Shown here: one piece after another, positions 40,651 through 51,243 of the stretch
Numbering within the stretch: position 1 is the stretch's first letter
Layout of the letters: every line of letters begins with the position of its first letter
Assembly: GCA_050953065.1 (NCBI GenBank)
Contig: JBMNLZ010000002.1
Span: 384,001-448,000, forward strand
DNA from: Bacilli bacterium
GTDB taxonomy: Bacteria; Bacillota_I; Bacilli_A; ML615J-28; CAG-698
DNA: 64,000 bases
Direction: 5' to 3'
Position numbers and translations under genes: made by a program
The notes under the pieces: generated by a model
What the model was told of the DNA's origin: nothing
Database searches by the model: none
Seen by the model: the letters and a program-made list of their open reading frames with translations, nothing else

Positions 40651-42624
40651 ATGGATGCATTAAGTAGGATTAAAGAATTAACTAGTTTAATCAATCAATA
40701 TAATAAAGAATACTATGAACTTGATTCTCCAACTATTAGTGATGTTGAATATGATAGTCTTTTAAGAGAGTTAGAAAGACTAGAAAATGAATATCCTGAA
40801 TTCATTCAAAATAATTCACCTGTAAAAAGAGTAGGGAGTCTAGATAGTACTAAATTAAATAAAATAATTCATACTGAAGCAATGCTTTCCCTAGCAAATG
40901 CTTTTAACGAAGAAGAATTAAGAGCATTTTCTGATAGAATTATTAAAGATGGATATAATCCTACTTTTGTTTGTGAGTTAAAAATAGATGGAATTGCTTC
41001 AACTGTTAAATACGAACAAGGCGCTTTAGTTTTAGGAGCGACCAGAGGAGATGGAACAGTTGGTGAAAACATTACTGAAAATATGAAAACTATTAAGTCT
41101 TTACCGCTTAAGTTAAAAGATAAACTTGATATTGAGGTAAGAGGCGAAGTTTATATGAGGTTGGATGTTTTTAATGACTTAAACCAAAAAAAAGAAAAAG
41201 AAAGCGAGAGTTTATTTAAAAATCCAAGAAATGCGGCTGGGGGCTCTTTAAGACAATTAAATAGTGAAATAACTAAAGAAAGAAATTTAGATATTTTTAA
41301 TTATACTATTGTTAATCCTTCAAAATATAATTTAAAAACTCAAATAGAAGTTTTAGAGTTTCTTTTAAAACAAGGGTTTAAAGTAGAAACACATTTTAAG
41401 TGTTGTAAAAATATTGATGAAGTGCTTGAATATATTGAACATCTTGACAAGCTAAGAAAAACTTTAAATTATGATACTGATGGAGTTGTTATTAAAGTTA
41501 ATGAACTGGAATTATACGAACAAATAGGTTATACAGTAAAAACTCCTAAATGGGCAATAGCTTATAAGTTTCCTGCTTTAGAAGTTGAAACTAGATTAAA
41601 AGGAATTGAGTTTACAGTTGGGCGCACTGGAACAATTAATCCAACTGCTTTATTAGACCCTGTTATGATATCTGGATCTTTAGTTCAAAGAGCAACCCTA
41701 AATAATGAAGATTATATTAAAGAAAAAGATATAAGAATTAATGATTATGTTTTAGTTAGAAAAGCAGGCGAAATCATCCCAGAAATTGTTAGAGTTAATT
41801 TTAAAAGGCGTCCTGAGGATACGATTGCTTTTGAAATGATTAATGCTTGTCCTGTTTGTAATTCTAAGGTAGTTAGAAAAGAAGGCCAAGCAGATTATTA
41901 TTGTACTAATGATTTATGTGAGGGAAAACTTTTAGCCTCAATTATCTATTTTGCTTCTAAGCCAGCTATGAATATTGAAGGTTTAGGTGAAAAGGTAGTA
42001 ACTCTACTTTATAATGAAGGCTTTATTAAAAGTTTTAAAGATATTTATTTTTTAAAGGATAAAAAAGATGTTTTAGTTAAGTTAGAATCAAAGGGAGAAA
42101 AAAGTGTTACAAATCTACTTAATGCGATTGAAGAAAGTAAAAAATCTAGCCTAGATAAAGTAATTACAGCTTTAGGAATTAGATTTGTTGGAAGTAAGAT
42201 TGCTAAAACCCTAGCAAAAACTTTTAAAAGCCTAGAGGCTTTAGAACAAGCTAAATTAGAAGACTTGCTAGAAATCCCAGAAATTGGAGATGCTATTGCA
42301 AGTAGTGTTGTTGAATATTTTGAAAAAGAAAAAAGAATTATTAAAGATTTAATAGAAGTTGGAATTAATCCTACCTTTGAAGAAGTAGGTAGTGAGAAAG
42401 TTAATTTTCTTAATCTAAATGTAGTTTTAACTGGAAGGCTAGAAAAATATACTAGAGATGAAGCCAAAGCAATTATTGAAGCACAAGGTGGTAATATTTT
42501 AAGTAGTGTTACTAAAAATACTGATTTAGTTATTGCAGGAAGTGATGCTGGTAGTAAGTTAGAAAAAGCAGTTAAACTAAATATAAAAATAATTAATGAG
42601 GATGATTTTATTAAATTAGTTTAA
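40651..42624 (+). CDS. ligA: NAD-dependent DNA ligase
   Basis: ELKIDG, TRGDG, RGEV and DGVVIK motifs; zinc finger; BRCT domain. Confidence 0.96.
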   Translation: MDALSRIKELTSLINQYNKEYYELDSPTISDVEYDSLLRELERLENEYPEFIQNNSPVKRVGSLDSTKLNKIIHTEAMLSLANAFNEEELRAFSDRIIKDGYNPTFVCELKIDGIASTVKYEQGALVLGATRGDGTVGENITENMKTIKSLPLKLKDKLDIEVRGEVYMRLDVFNDLNQKKEKESESLFKNPRNAAGGSLRQLNSEITKERNLDIFNYTIVNPSKYNLKTQIEVLEFLLKQGFKVETHFKCCKNIDEVLEYIEHLDKLRKTLNYDTDGVVIKVNELELYEQIGYTVKTPKWAIAYKFPALEVETRLKGIEFTVGRTGTINPTALLDPVMISGSLVQRATLNNEDYIKEKDIRINDYVLVRKAGEIIPEIVRVNFKRRPEDTIAFEMINACPVCNSKVVRKEGQADYYCTNDLCEGKLLASIIYFASKPAMNIEGLGEKVVTLLYNEGFIKSFKDIYFLKDKKDVLVKLESKGEKSVTNLLNAIEESKKSSLDKVITALGIRFVGSKIAKTLAKTFKSLEALEQAKLEDLLEIPEIGDAIASSVVEYFEKEKRIIKDLIEVGINPTFEEVGSEKVNFLNLNVVLTGRLEKYTRDEAKAIIEAQGGNILSSVTKNTDLVIAGSDAGSKLEKAVKLNIKIINEDDFIKLV

Positions 42625-42634
42625 GAGGAAAAAT

Positions 42635-45454
42635 ATGAAATATATTGAAATCAAAGGTGCAAGAGAAAACAATTTAAAAAACATTAATTTAAAAATCCCT
42701 AAAGAAAAACTAGTTGTAATGACTGGTTTATCTGGTAGTGGAAAGACATCGCTAGCTTTTGATACAATATATGCTGAAGGTCAAAGGCGTTATGTTGAGA
42801 GTTTGTCTGCTTATGCTAGACAATTTTTAGGAAATGCTAGTAAACCTGATGTTGATTCAATTGAAGGATTATCACCTGCTATTGCGATTGATCAAAAAAC
42901 TACTCATAATAATCCTCGTTCAACTGTTGGGACTGTAACTGAGATATATGATTATTTAAGGCTTTTGTATGCAAGAGTCGGGAAAGGATATTGTCCAGAA
43001 CATAATTGTTTGATTGCTTCTCAAACAATTACTCAAATGGTTGAAAGGATATTTGAAAGTAAAGAGGACTCTAAACTTACAATTTTAAGTCCTATTATCT
43101 ATGGTCAAAAAGGAACTCATGAAAAGACCCTAGATTTAATTAGAAAAGAAGGTTATGTTAGAGCCAGAATTAATGGCGAAATGATTGATTTAGATGAAGA
43201 GATTAATCTTGATAAGAATAAACGTCACCGAATTGAAGTAGTAGTTGATAGATTAAAAATAACAAAAGAAGAAGAATCAAGAATTTATGCTTCACTAGAA
43301 ACAGCTTTAAAGTTAGCTGATGGAAAGATTGTTGTGATTGTTGATGATGAGGAGATTGTTTTTAGTGAACATTTATCATGTCCATATTGTGATTTTGCGA
43401 TTCCAAAATTAGAACCAAGATTATTTTCTTTTAATACTCCATATGGAGCATGTCCGGAATGTAAAGGACTTGGAGTCTTACAAAAACTTGATGAAGACTT
43501 ACTTATTACAAACGATGAGTTATCTATTAGAGAAGGTGCGATTAAATATTTAAAAAATATTGTAGATACTGATAATATTGAATGGCAAGTTTTTGAAAAA
43601 ATGGCTGAATTTTACAAGATAGATTTAGATAAACCATATAAAGATTTAACAGAATTTGAAAAAGAAATTATTATGATTGGTTCAAAAGAACCAATCAGTT
43701 ATGAGATAACTTCAAGAGGGGCTAATACTTTTAAAAAAACTCAATATATTGAAGGGATTGCAACATTAATTGAAAGACGTTACTTACAAACAACATCTAG
43801 TGCAGCAAGAGAATATTATAATTCTTATCTTGCAGATTATCCGTGTCCTGTTTGTAATGGCCAAAGATTATCAAAAGAAGCATTAAGTGTTAGAATAGGT
43901 GCTTTAAATATTGATGAATTTACTAGAATGAGTGCTTTAAAAGCTCTAGACTTTGTTAGTAATTTAGAATTAGGAGAACAAGAAAAGCTAATTGCTCAAC
44001 TAGTAATTCAAGAGATAAAATCAAGATTACAGTTTTTAGTTGATGTTGGATTGGGTTATTTAACTCTAGCAAGAGCTAGTGGATCTTTATCTGGTGGAGA
44101 GTCTCAACGTATTAGACTAGCCACTCAAATAGGTTCAAAACTAACTGGGGTGCTATATGTTTTAGATGAACCATCAATTGGTTTACACCAAAAAGATAAT
44201 GATAAACTAATTGATGCTTTAAAGAAAATGAGAGATTTAGGGAACACTTTAATTGTAGTAGAACACGACGAAGAGATTATGCGTAAGGCAGATTATTTAA
44301 TAGATATTGGTCCAAAGGCCGGAGAATTGGGCGGAGAGGTTGTTGCGGCTGGTACGGTTGATGAGGTGATGGAAGTTAAAAAGTCTATCACAGGTCAATA
44401 TTTGAGCGGAAAACGCGAAATTAAAGTACCAGAGGTAAGAAGAACAGGAAATGGTAATTTTTTAGAAATTATTCAAGCAAGTTGTAATAATTTAAAAAAT
44501 ATTGATGTTAAATTTCCTTTAGGGACATTCATTGTAGTAACAGGCGTAAGTGGAAGTGGTAAGAGTTCTTTAGTAAGAGAAATTTTATCAAAGGCTTTAA
44601 GAAGAAAACTTTATCGCTCTAAAGAAGAAGTAGGACACCATCAAGAAATAAAAGGCTATGAATATATTGAAAAGGTAATTGATATTAATCAATCACCAAT
44701 TGGAAGGACTCCAAGAAGTAACCCTGCAACTTATACTGGTGTTTTTGATCACATTAGAGATTTATTCGCAGAAACTAAAGAAGCTAAAATGAGAGGTTAT
44801 ACTAAAAGTAGATTTTCATTTAATGTGAAAGGTGGGCGTTGTGAAAGGTGTGGTGGAGATGGAATCATTAGAATTGCGATGCACTTTTTACCAGATGTTT
44901 ATGTACCTTGTGAAGAATGTGATGGGAAACGTTATAATAAAGAAACTTTAGAAGTAAAATATAAAGGTAAAAATATCGCTGATATCTTAGAGATGACAGT
45001 AGATGAGGCTGTTAGTTTTTTTGAAAACATTAGTATGATTCATAATAAACTAATGACACTTAAAAAAGTTGGTTTAGGTTATGTTAGGCTTGGTCAAAAT
45101 GCTTTAACCCTATCAGGAGGAGAAGCTCAAAGAGTAAAACTTGCTAGTGAACTTCATAAAAAGATTACCGATAAAACAATTTATATTTTAGATGAACCAA
45201 CAACAGGTCTTCATTCTCATGATGTAAAAAAACTTTTAAATGTATTAGATCATATTGTTAATAATAATGCAACTGTTGTTGTAATAGAACATAATTTAGA
45301 TGTAATCAAGTTTGCTGATTATATAATTGATTTAGGTCCTGAAGGAGGAGATGCAGGTGGAGAAATTGTTGCACTTGGAACTCCAGAAGAGGTAAGTCAA
45401 AATTCTAAATCATATACTGGGATTTATTTAAAAAAAGTCTTAAAAAAAATCTAA
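42635..45454 (+). CDS. uvrA: Excinuclease ABC subunit A
   Basis: GARENNLK, two Walker A motifs ([16 protein letters not shown]), LSGGE twice, zinc fingers. Confidence 0.97.
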   Translation: MKYIEIKGARENNLKNINLKIPKEKLVVMTGLSGSGKTSLAFDTIYAEGQRRYVESLSAYARQFLGNASKPDVDSIEGLSPAIAIDQKTTHNNPRSTVGTVTEIYDYLRLLYARVGKGYCPEHNCLIASQTITQMVERIFESKEDSKLTILSPIIYGQKGTHEKTLDLIRKEGYVRARINGEMIDLDEEINLDKNKRHRIEVVVDRLKITKEEESRIYASLETALKLADGKIVVIVDDEEIVFSEHLSCPYCDFAIPKLEPRLFSFNTPYGACPECKGLGVLQKLDEDLLITNDELSIREGAIKYLKNIVDTDNIEWQVFEKMAEFYKIDLDKPYKDLTEFEKEIIMIGSKEPISYEITSRGANTFKKTQYIEGIATLIERRYLQTTSSAAREYYNSYLADYPCPVCNGQRLSKEALSVRIGALNIDEFTRMSALKALDFVSNLELGEQEKLIAQLVIQEIKSRLQFLVDVGLGYLTLARASGSLSGGESQRIRLATQIGSKLTGVLYVLDEPSIGLHQKDNDKLIDALKKMRDLGNTLIVVEHDEEIMRKADYLIDIGPKAGELGGEVVAAGTVDEVMEVKKSITGQYLSGKREIKVPEVRRTGNGNFLEIIQASCNNLKNIDVKFPLGTFIVVTGVSGSGKSSLVREILSKALRRKLYRSKEEVGHHQEIKGYEYIEKVIDINQSPIGRTPRSNPATYTGVFDHIRDLFAETKEAKMRGYTKSRFSFNVKGGRCERCGGDGIIRIAMHFLPDVYVPCEECDGKRYNKETLEVKYKGKNIADILEMTVDEAVSFFENISMIHNKLMTLKKVGLGYVRLGQNALTLSGGEAQRVKLASELHKKITDKTIYILDEPTTGLHSHDVKKLLNVLDHIVNNNATVVVIEHNLDVIKFADYIIDLGPEGGDAGGEIVALGTPEEVSQNSKSYTGIYLKKVLKKI

Positions 45455-45494
45455 AAAGAGTATATAATAGATGATATGTAAGGAAGTTATTTAA

Positions 45495-46100
45495 ATGGAC
45501 AACAAAGATGACATAAAAAAAGAATTAGAAGAATTAGAAGAAAAGTTTAAACAAGAAAAAGAAAAGTTAGAAAAAGAAGAAGAAAAATTAAAAAAAGAGG
45601 AAGAAGAATTAAAAAAAGAATTTGAAAATTTAATTGAAAGTCTAAAAAAAGAAGGACAAAAAGATGGCCCTAAAGTAAAGGTGGTTTCAATTAGAGTTAG
45701 TAATCAAGTTTTAAAAAATCCTTATTTAGATGCATTATTTATACTTGCTTTAAATTTATTTTTTGTTTTAGCTTTAGCTGGAATTTATAAATTTTTTAAT
45801 TTTAATTGGATTGAATTTTCTCATTATGCGTATATTTTTTTATTTGTTTTGATTTTTTCTTTTAGTGAATTAATTTTAAAATTAATGGTTTTTAAATATT
45901 TGTTTAAATTGGTGTTAATGAGTTTTGGAGTTATACTCATCTTAACAAGTATTATGGCGTTTATTTTAGCTTTAATTGTAACTCCAGAATTAAGTGTAAC
46001 TTCTGAAATGGGAATTATTACATATTTGATTTTGTTTTTAGTTGCTAGATCATCAATTAAAAGTATGATTACAAGTAATAAATTTCATAATAAATCTTAA
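45495..46100 (+). CDS. 4-TM membrane protein with an E/K-rich N-terminus, possibly YvlD/phage-holin-4_2-like
   Basis: TM pattern; position between uvrA and lgt resembles the Bacillus yvl locus. Confidence 0.45.
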   Translation: MDNKDDIKKELEELEEKFKQEKEKLEKEEEKLKKEEEELKKEFENLIESLKKEGQKDGPKVKVVSIRVSNQVLKNPYLDALFILALNLFFVLALAGIYKFFNFNWIEFSHYAYIFLFVLIFSFSELILKLMVFKYLFKLVLMSFGVILILTSIMAFILALIVTPELSVTSEMGIITYLILFLVARSSIKSMITSNKFHNKS

Positions 46101-46120
46101 AAGGTATAAAGGAGTAAAGT

Positions 46121-47077
46121 ATGAATCAACATGATATGATTATAGATAAAATAGATCCAGTAGCATTTAGTATTTTTGGAGCTGAGATTTATTGGTATGC
46201 TATTTTTATAATGACAGGAGCCTTAACTGCACTTGTGTTTAGTTTGTATGTTGGGAAAAAAATTGGTATTTCTCAAAATGATATTATAGATGGTTTTATT
46301 ATGGGCTTAATTATTGGAATAATTGGAGCTAGACTTTTCTATGTTTTGTTTACTTTAGGAAAAGGATTATATCATAGTCTATGGGATATTATTAATATTA
46401 GAGATGGTGGTTTAGCAATTTATGGTGGGGTTATTTTTGGAACTGTATTTGCGATTTTATTTTGTAGGAAAAGAAAAATTAATTTATATAAAGTTATGGA
46501 ATTATTAGCACCAGGTTTTATGATAGGTCAGATTTTTGGTAGATGGGGAAATTTCTTTAATAAAGAAGCAACAGGTGGACTTGTTAAGTTTACGATTGAT
46601 GTTAATGAAACATTAACTGTTGCTCAACTTGATGAACAAAGAAGTTTTTTGAAATCATTATTATTACCTGATGGGATAGTTAATAGAATGTATTTTGATG
46701 CTGCAAGTACTACAAATACTAATCCTTGGGTTGGTTATTATCATCCAACATTTCTTTATGAGAGCTTATGGAATTTCTTAGGGCTTGTTACTGTGCTTTT
46801 AATTAGAAAATTTGTTAAGAAGTTTTATTTTGGAGATGCGATGTTATTCTATCTTGCATGGTATGGACTGGGGCGTTTCTTTATTGAAGGAATGAGAACA
46901 GATTCATTAATGTTTTTAGGAATGAGAGTGTCTCAACTTATTTCATTGATTTTGTTTGTGGCTGGAATTACACTATTTATTTTAAGAAGAGTTTTTAAGA
47001 TTGAACTTATTTCAGTCAAAGAAGCAATTGATGAATATAACGAAAAACAAAAACAAGAAAAACTAGGTGCAGCATGA
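46121..47077 (+). CDS. lgt: Prolipoprotein diacylglyceryl transferase
   Basis: IYWYA, GARLFYV, GGLAIYGG, GRWGNFFN, HPTFLYES and RFFIE motifs. Confidence 0.95.
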   Translation: MNQHDMIIDKIDPVAFSIFGAEIYWYAIFIMTGALTALVFSLYVGKKIGISQNDIIDGFIMGLIIGIIGARLFYVLFTLGKGLYHSLWDIINIRDGGLAIYGGVIFGTVFAILFCRKRKINLYKVMELLAPGFMIGQIFGRWGNFFNKEATGGLVKFTIDVNETLTVAQLDEQRSFLKSLLLPDGIVNRMYFDAASTTNTNPWVGYYHPTFLYESLWNFLGLVTVLLIRKFVKKFYFGDAMLFYLAWYGLGRFFIEGMRTDSLMFLGMRVSQLISLILFVAGITLFILRRVFKIELISVKEAIDEYNEKQKQEKLGAA

Positions 47078-47712
47078 TTTTAGTTTTTGATTTAGATGGA
47101 ACGCTTCTTGATACATTTTCGTTAATAGAAGAAACTTATAAAGAGGTTTTAGATACTTTAGTGCCTGATTTTGTTTATGATGATGCTTTAATTAAATCTT
47201 TTTTTGGGCCTCCACTAGAGGATTCTTTTAGAAAGGTAACTAGTGATAAAGTTTTCCAACAAGAGTTAATTAAGTTTTATAAAGAAAGAAATGTTGTTAA
47301 TCATTATAAATATTTAAAAATTTTTCCTAAAGTAAAAGAAGGCTTAGAAAAACTAAAAACTAAAGGTTATAAAATGGCTGTCTTTTCTAATAAAGCACAT
47401 GAGATGATTATGCTTGGACTAAAACTAAAAGAAATTGATCAATATTTTGAAATAGTTTTAGGTTTAGAAGATGTTGTTAATCCCAAACCAAATCCAGAAG
47501 GTTTTGAAAAGATTAAAGCTTTTTATAAAGAAGATAGACTTGTAATGATAGGTGATACTAAATTTGATATGGTAGTAGCAAAAAACGCCAATGTTCCATC
47601 AATTGGTGTTACTTGGGCATTAACAACAAAGAAAGAATTAATTGAATTTGGTGCAGATTATGTAATTGATGACTTTGATGAAATATTTAAAATATTGGAG
47701 GAATTATGCTAG
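47074..47712 (+). CDS. ppaX: HAD-family pyrophosphatase PpaX-like
   Basis: FDLDGTL, KPNPE and GDT motifs; located after lgt. Confidence 0.75.
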   Translation: MILVFDLDGTLLDTFSLIEETYKEVLDTLVPDFVYDDALIKSFFGPPLEDSFRKVTSDKVFQQELIKFYKERNVVNHYKYLKIFPKVKEGLEKLKTKGYKMAVFSNKAHEMIMLGLKLKEIDQYFEIVLGLEDVVNPKPNPEGFEKIKAFYKEDRLVMIGDTKFDMVVAKNANVPSIGVTWALTTKKELIEFGADYVIDDFDEIFKILEELC

Positions 47713-48596
47713 ATTGTTTGATAATAGGTTCAGGTCCTGCTGGAATGACTGCAGCTATCTATTTAGCAAGAGCTAATCTAAAATGTAAGATTTTAGAAAA
47801 GATGGGAGCAGGTGGAAAAATGACTTCAACTTCTGCGATAGAAAACTATCCAGGCTTTGGTTTAGTTGATGGGTATGAGCTTGCTTCTAAAATGGAAGCA
47901 CAAGTAGAAGAATTAGGGATTGAGATTGTCTATAGTGAAGCAAAAAAAATAATTAAGAATGAAAACTATTTTAGTGTTTTAGCAGAAGAAGAAACAATAA
48001 ACGCTAAAACTTTAATTATTGCAACTGGTACTACGGAAAGAAAACTAAACTTAGAATCAGAAGAAGCTTTTATTAATAAAGGAATTTCTTTTTGTGCGAT
48101 TTGTGATGGTGGTTTTTATAAAGGAAAAGATGTTGCAGTAATTGGAGGTGGAAATTCTGCTTTAGAAGAAGCTCTTTATTTAGCAAGATTATGTAATAAG
48201 GTTTACCTAGTCCATAGACGTGAAGGCTTTAGAGCAGAAGATTCTTTAGTTGATAAAGTAAAGGCAACTGATAATATTGAACTTGTTTTAAATAGTCAAG
48301 TAGCTGAATTTAGTGGAGTTAATAAACTAGAACAAATAAAACTTAATACAGGAAAAGTATTAAAGGTTGATGGTTGTTTTGAATATATTGGTCAAGATGC
48401 TAATTCTTCTTTGGTTAAAGAATTTAATGTTTTAAATGATGAAGGATTCATTATAGTTAATGAAAATCAAGAAACTAAAATTAAGGGGCTATATGCTGCA
48501 GGAGATGTTTGTGATAAGAAGTTTAGACAAATCACTACTGCAACAAGCGATGGGACAATTGCTGCTTTAAGTATAGCCAGTGTTTTAAAGGATTAA
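47706..48596 (+). CDS. trxB: Thioredoxin reductase
   Basis: GSGPAG, CAICD, GGGNSA, HRR and AAGD motifs. Confidence 0.94.
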   Translation: MLDCLIIGSGPAGMTAAIYLARANLKCKILEKMGAGGKMTSTSAIENYPGFGLVDGYELASKMEAQVEELGIEIVYSEAKKIIKNENYFSVLAEEETINAKTLIIATGTTERKLNLESEEAFINKGISFCAICDGGFYKGKDVAVIGGGNSALEEALYLARLCNKVYLVHRREGFRAEDSLVDKVKATDNIELVLNSQVAEFSGVNKLEQIKLNTGKVLKVDGCFEYIGQDANSSLVKEFNVLNDEGFIIVNENQETKIKGLYAAGDVCDKKFRQITTATSDGTIAALSIASVLKD

Positions 48597-48597
48597 A

Positions 48598-49476
48598 ATG
48601 TCATTTTCTAGTGAGATAAAAAAAGAAATCTTAAGTAAAGAAAGAAATAATTCTTCTAAAAAAGCTTTTTTATATGCTGTTTTTGTTTTAAAAAGTGAGA
48701 TTAAGAATAATACAATTTATTTAAAAAAACTTTCAAAAGGATATATTAAGCCACTTTCATCTTTTTTAAAAGATGTTTTTAAAAAAGAAATAAAAAATGG
48801 TAAACCAGTAATTAAAGATGCAAAGTTAATAATTGATGAATTTGATTTAAATAATAAAAATTCTTTTAGTGTTAAATTCTTTTATAGTGATTTAGAAATT
48901 TCATCTTTTTTAAGTGGAATCTTTTTATCAAGAGGTTCAATTAATAATCCAGAAAAACCAAGTTATCATTTTGAGATAGTTTTAGATACTTTTAATCAAG
49001 CAAAATTTATTAGAGATCTTTTAGAAGAAAAAGAAATTGAAGGAAGAATAATAGAAAGAAAAAAAGGCTTTATTTACTATGTAAAAAAAGCCGAACAAAT
49101 TGGAGACTTTATTAAGATTTTAGAAGCAACTTCATCACTTTTTAAATATGAAGATGCGAGAATTACAAAAGATTTAGGTAATATGGTTAATAGAATTAAT
49201 AATTGTGATATTACTAATGCTGTTAGAGCTTATAAATCAGCTCAAGAACAATTAGAAAATATTAAGATAATTGAAATTCATCAAGGTTATGAATCACTAA
49301 GTACTAGATTAATGGAAGCAGTTATCTTAAGAAGTAATTATCCTGAGGCTTCCCTTCAAGAGTTAAGTGAAGAGTCAATTAATGAAATTGGAGTGTTTGT
49401 TTCTAAGTCTAGCTTAAATCATAGATTTAGAGAAATAAAAGAAATGGCACTTAAATATAAAAATAAGGATAACTAA
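48598..49476 (+). CDS. whiA: DNA-binding protein WhiA
   Basis: MSFSSEIK, GSINNP..YHFE, NRINNCD and SKSSLNHR motifs. Confidence 0.9.
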   Translation: MSFSSEIKKEILSKERNNSSKKAFLYAVFVLKSEIKNNTIYLKKLSKGYIKPLSSFLKDVFKKEIKNGKPVIKDAKLIIDEFDLNNKNSFSVKFFYSDLEISSFLSGIFLSRGSINNPEKPSYHFEIVLDTFNQAKFIRDLLEEKEIEGRIIERKKGFIYYVKKAEQIGDFIKILEATSSLFKYEDARITKDLGNMVNRINNCDITNAVRAYKSAQEQLENIKIIEIHQGYESLSTRLMEAVILRSNYPEASLQELSEESINEIGVFVSKSSLNHRFREIKEMALKYKNKDN

Positions 49477-49477
49477 A

Positions 49478-49819
49478 ATGATTAAAAATATCGGAGTAGA
49501 TATAGTTGAAATAGCTAGATTTAAAAAGTTTGTTTTAGAAGAAAAATCTATTAATAGGTTTTTATCTAAATTAGAAATTGAAAAGTTTAATGAAATTGCT
49601 AATATTAAAAGAAAGCAAGAATATATGGCAAGTCGCTTTGCTTGTAAAGAAGCGCTTATCAAAGCATCAGGCATTAATTTTACATTTAATGAGGTGAGTA
49701 TTTTAAATAATGAAAAAGGAGCTCCTTACATTGAAAGTAAAATTGATTTTGGAAAAGTTTTTCTAAGTATTTCTCATTCAAATGAAAATGCAGTTGCATT
49801 TGTTGTAATAGAAATTTAA
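49478..49819 (+). CDS. acpS: Holo-ACP synthase
   Basis: IGVDIV, RFACKEA and SISH motifs. Confidence 0.93.
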   Translation: MIKNIGVDIVEIARFKKFVLEEKSINRFLSKLEIEKFNEIANIKRKQEYMASRFACKEALIKASGINFTFNEVSILNNEKGAPYIESKIDFGKVFLSISHSNENAVAFVVIEI

Positions 49820-49906
49820 GTTATAGTTAAATAAAATTTCTTTACTTTAAGGGTATAATTTAGTATAATGTATTAGGTATTTAAAATGTAGATATAGAGG
49901 TTTATC

Positions 49907-50515
49907 ATGAATAAAAAAGTAAATAAAAGTAATAAAGCGTATAAAGTTATTATTTTTTGGTCAGTTATTAGTATCATGACAATAATTTTTGTAATTGCTA
50001 CTATTAATATTTATGCAAGATATCAAACGATTGATTCGCTTGAAGATGTTTCTAAATTAAGATTAGCAGCAGAAGCTGTTTATCATCAAGATGAAGCAAC
50101 TTATTTTGTATATGTATATCCAAAAGATGGAAGTGTTAACTATACTCAAAAAACTAAAGATGTTGAACCAATTGTTTTAGAATATTTAAACTATGTAAAA
50201 CATAAATATCCAGATGATAAAAAAAATATTTTTAAAATGTATTTATTCTGTGTAGATGATGCAGCTAATAGAGGTTGTTTAGTTGATGAGATTCCATCTG
50301 GATCTGATATTTTAGCATCAAATGATTATTTTAGTGATTTTAAAATTAAAAGAAGTGATCTGCCACAACTATTAAAAGTCAATGCACATTATATTGTAGA
50401 TCGTCAAATTTTAAAAACAGAAATTGCTAATGAATTACAAAATGAAATGACAAAAGTTGTTGAAGAAGTAAATAGTGTTATGTATTTACCTGAAAACAAG
50501 GAAGAAAGAATTTAA
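49907..50515 (+). CDS. Hypothetical membrane-anchored protein
   Basis: Single N-terminal TM, GAGGT RBS, upstream TATAAT. Confidence 0.7.
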   Translation: MNKKVNKSNKAYKVIIFWSVISIMTIIFVIATINIYARYQTIDSLEDVSKLRLAAEAVYHQDEATYFVYVYPKDGSVNYTQKTKDVEPIVLEYLNYVKHKYPDDKKNIFKMYLFCVDDAANRGCLVDEIPSGSDILASNDYFSDFKIKRSDLPQLLKVNAHYIVDRQILKTEIANELQNEMTKVVEEVNSVMYLPENKEERI

Positions 50516-50551
50516 TATTTAATAAATCACTCGTTATTAGAGTGATTAAAC

Positions 50552-50642
50552 GGAGTAGTACTCAAGCGGCTGAAGAGGTGCCCCTGCTAAGGGCATAGAC
50601 CGGGCAACTGGTGCGAGGGTTCAAATCCCTCCTACTCCGCCA
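50552..50642 (+). tRNA. tRNA-Ser (anticodon GCT)
   Basis: Acceptor stem GGAGTAG/CTACTCC plus GCCA; anticodon arm tgccc-ctGCTaa-gggca; long variable arm; T-loop GGTTCAAATCC. Confidence 0.96.
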
Positions 50643-50766
50643 TTATTAGTAAGTAAACTTTGATATGAGAATGTCAAAGTTTTTTAATATATAAAATTCG
50701 AATTTGGTATGGTATAATATAATACAAGGATTATGAAATAAACTATTTATTAAAGGAGATGATAAT

Positions 50767-51243
50767 ATGGAAAAAGATACATGTGAAATTAGATACTATA
50801 AATACCATTTTGTTTTATCATTAATTTTAAACTTTATTGTTTTAGCAGCTACTATTATTAATGGTAAATTTGGTGAAAACGAATATACTGCATCTGAATC
50901 TTTTTTAATAGTGCTGATTGTTCTTAGCCTTATTTTATTAATTTATTATCTATACCAACTTGTTTATTATATAAGATTAAAACCTTTATATATTCAAGAG
51001 GTTAAACTTGAAAAACTTGAATCTTATGTGTTTAGAGCTTATCTTTGTTTTGTAGTAGAAATGGAAATAGAGGGTGGAAAAAGAAAAGTTAGAACCTTAG
51101 CGATATTTAGAAGTGTTGGATTACTTGCACCTAACCGAGTTGATTATTATTCAGGTAAAAAAGCTTTAGTTGGATATGATCAAAAAAATGATGTTGCAGT
51201 TGTAATAAAAGCTTTAAAGAAAGATAATAAGGAGGAAGAATGA
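50767..51243 (+). CDS. Hypothetical 2-TM membrane protein
   Basis: AAGGAG RBS and TGGTATAAT upstream; ATGA overlap with the GH5 gene. Confidence 0.7.
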   Translation: MEKDTCEIRYYKYHFVLSLILNFIVLAATIINGKFGENEYTASESFLIVLIVLSLILLIYYLYQLVYYIRLKPLYIQEVKLEKLESYVFRAYLCFVVEMEIEGGKRKVRTLAIFRSVGLLAPNRVDYYSGKKALVGYDQKNDVAVVIKALKKDNKEEE

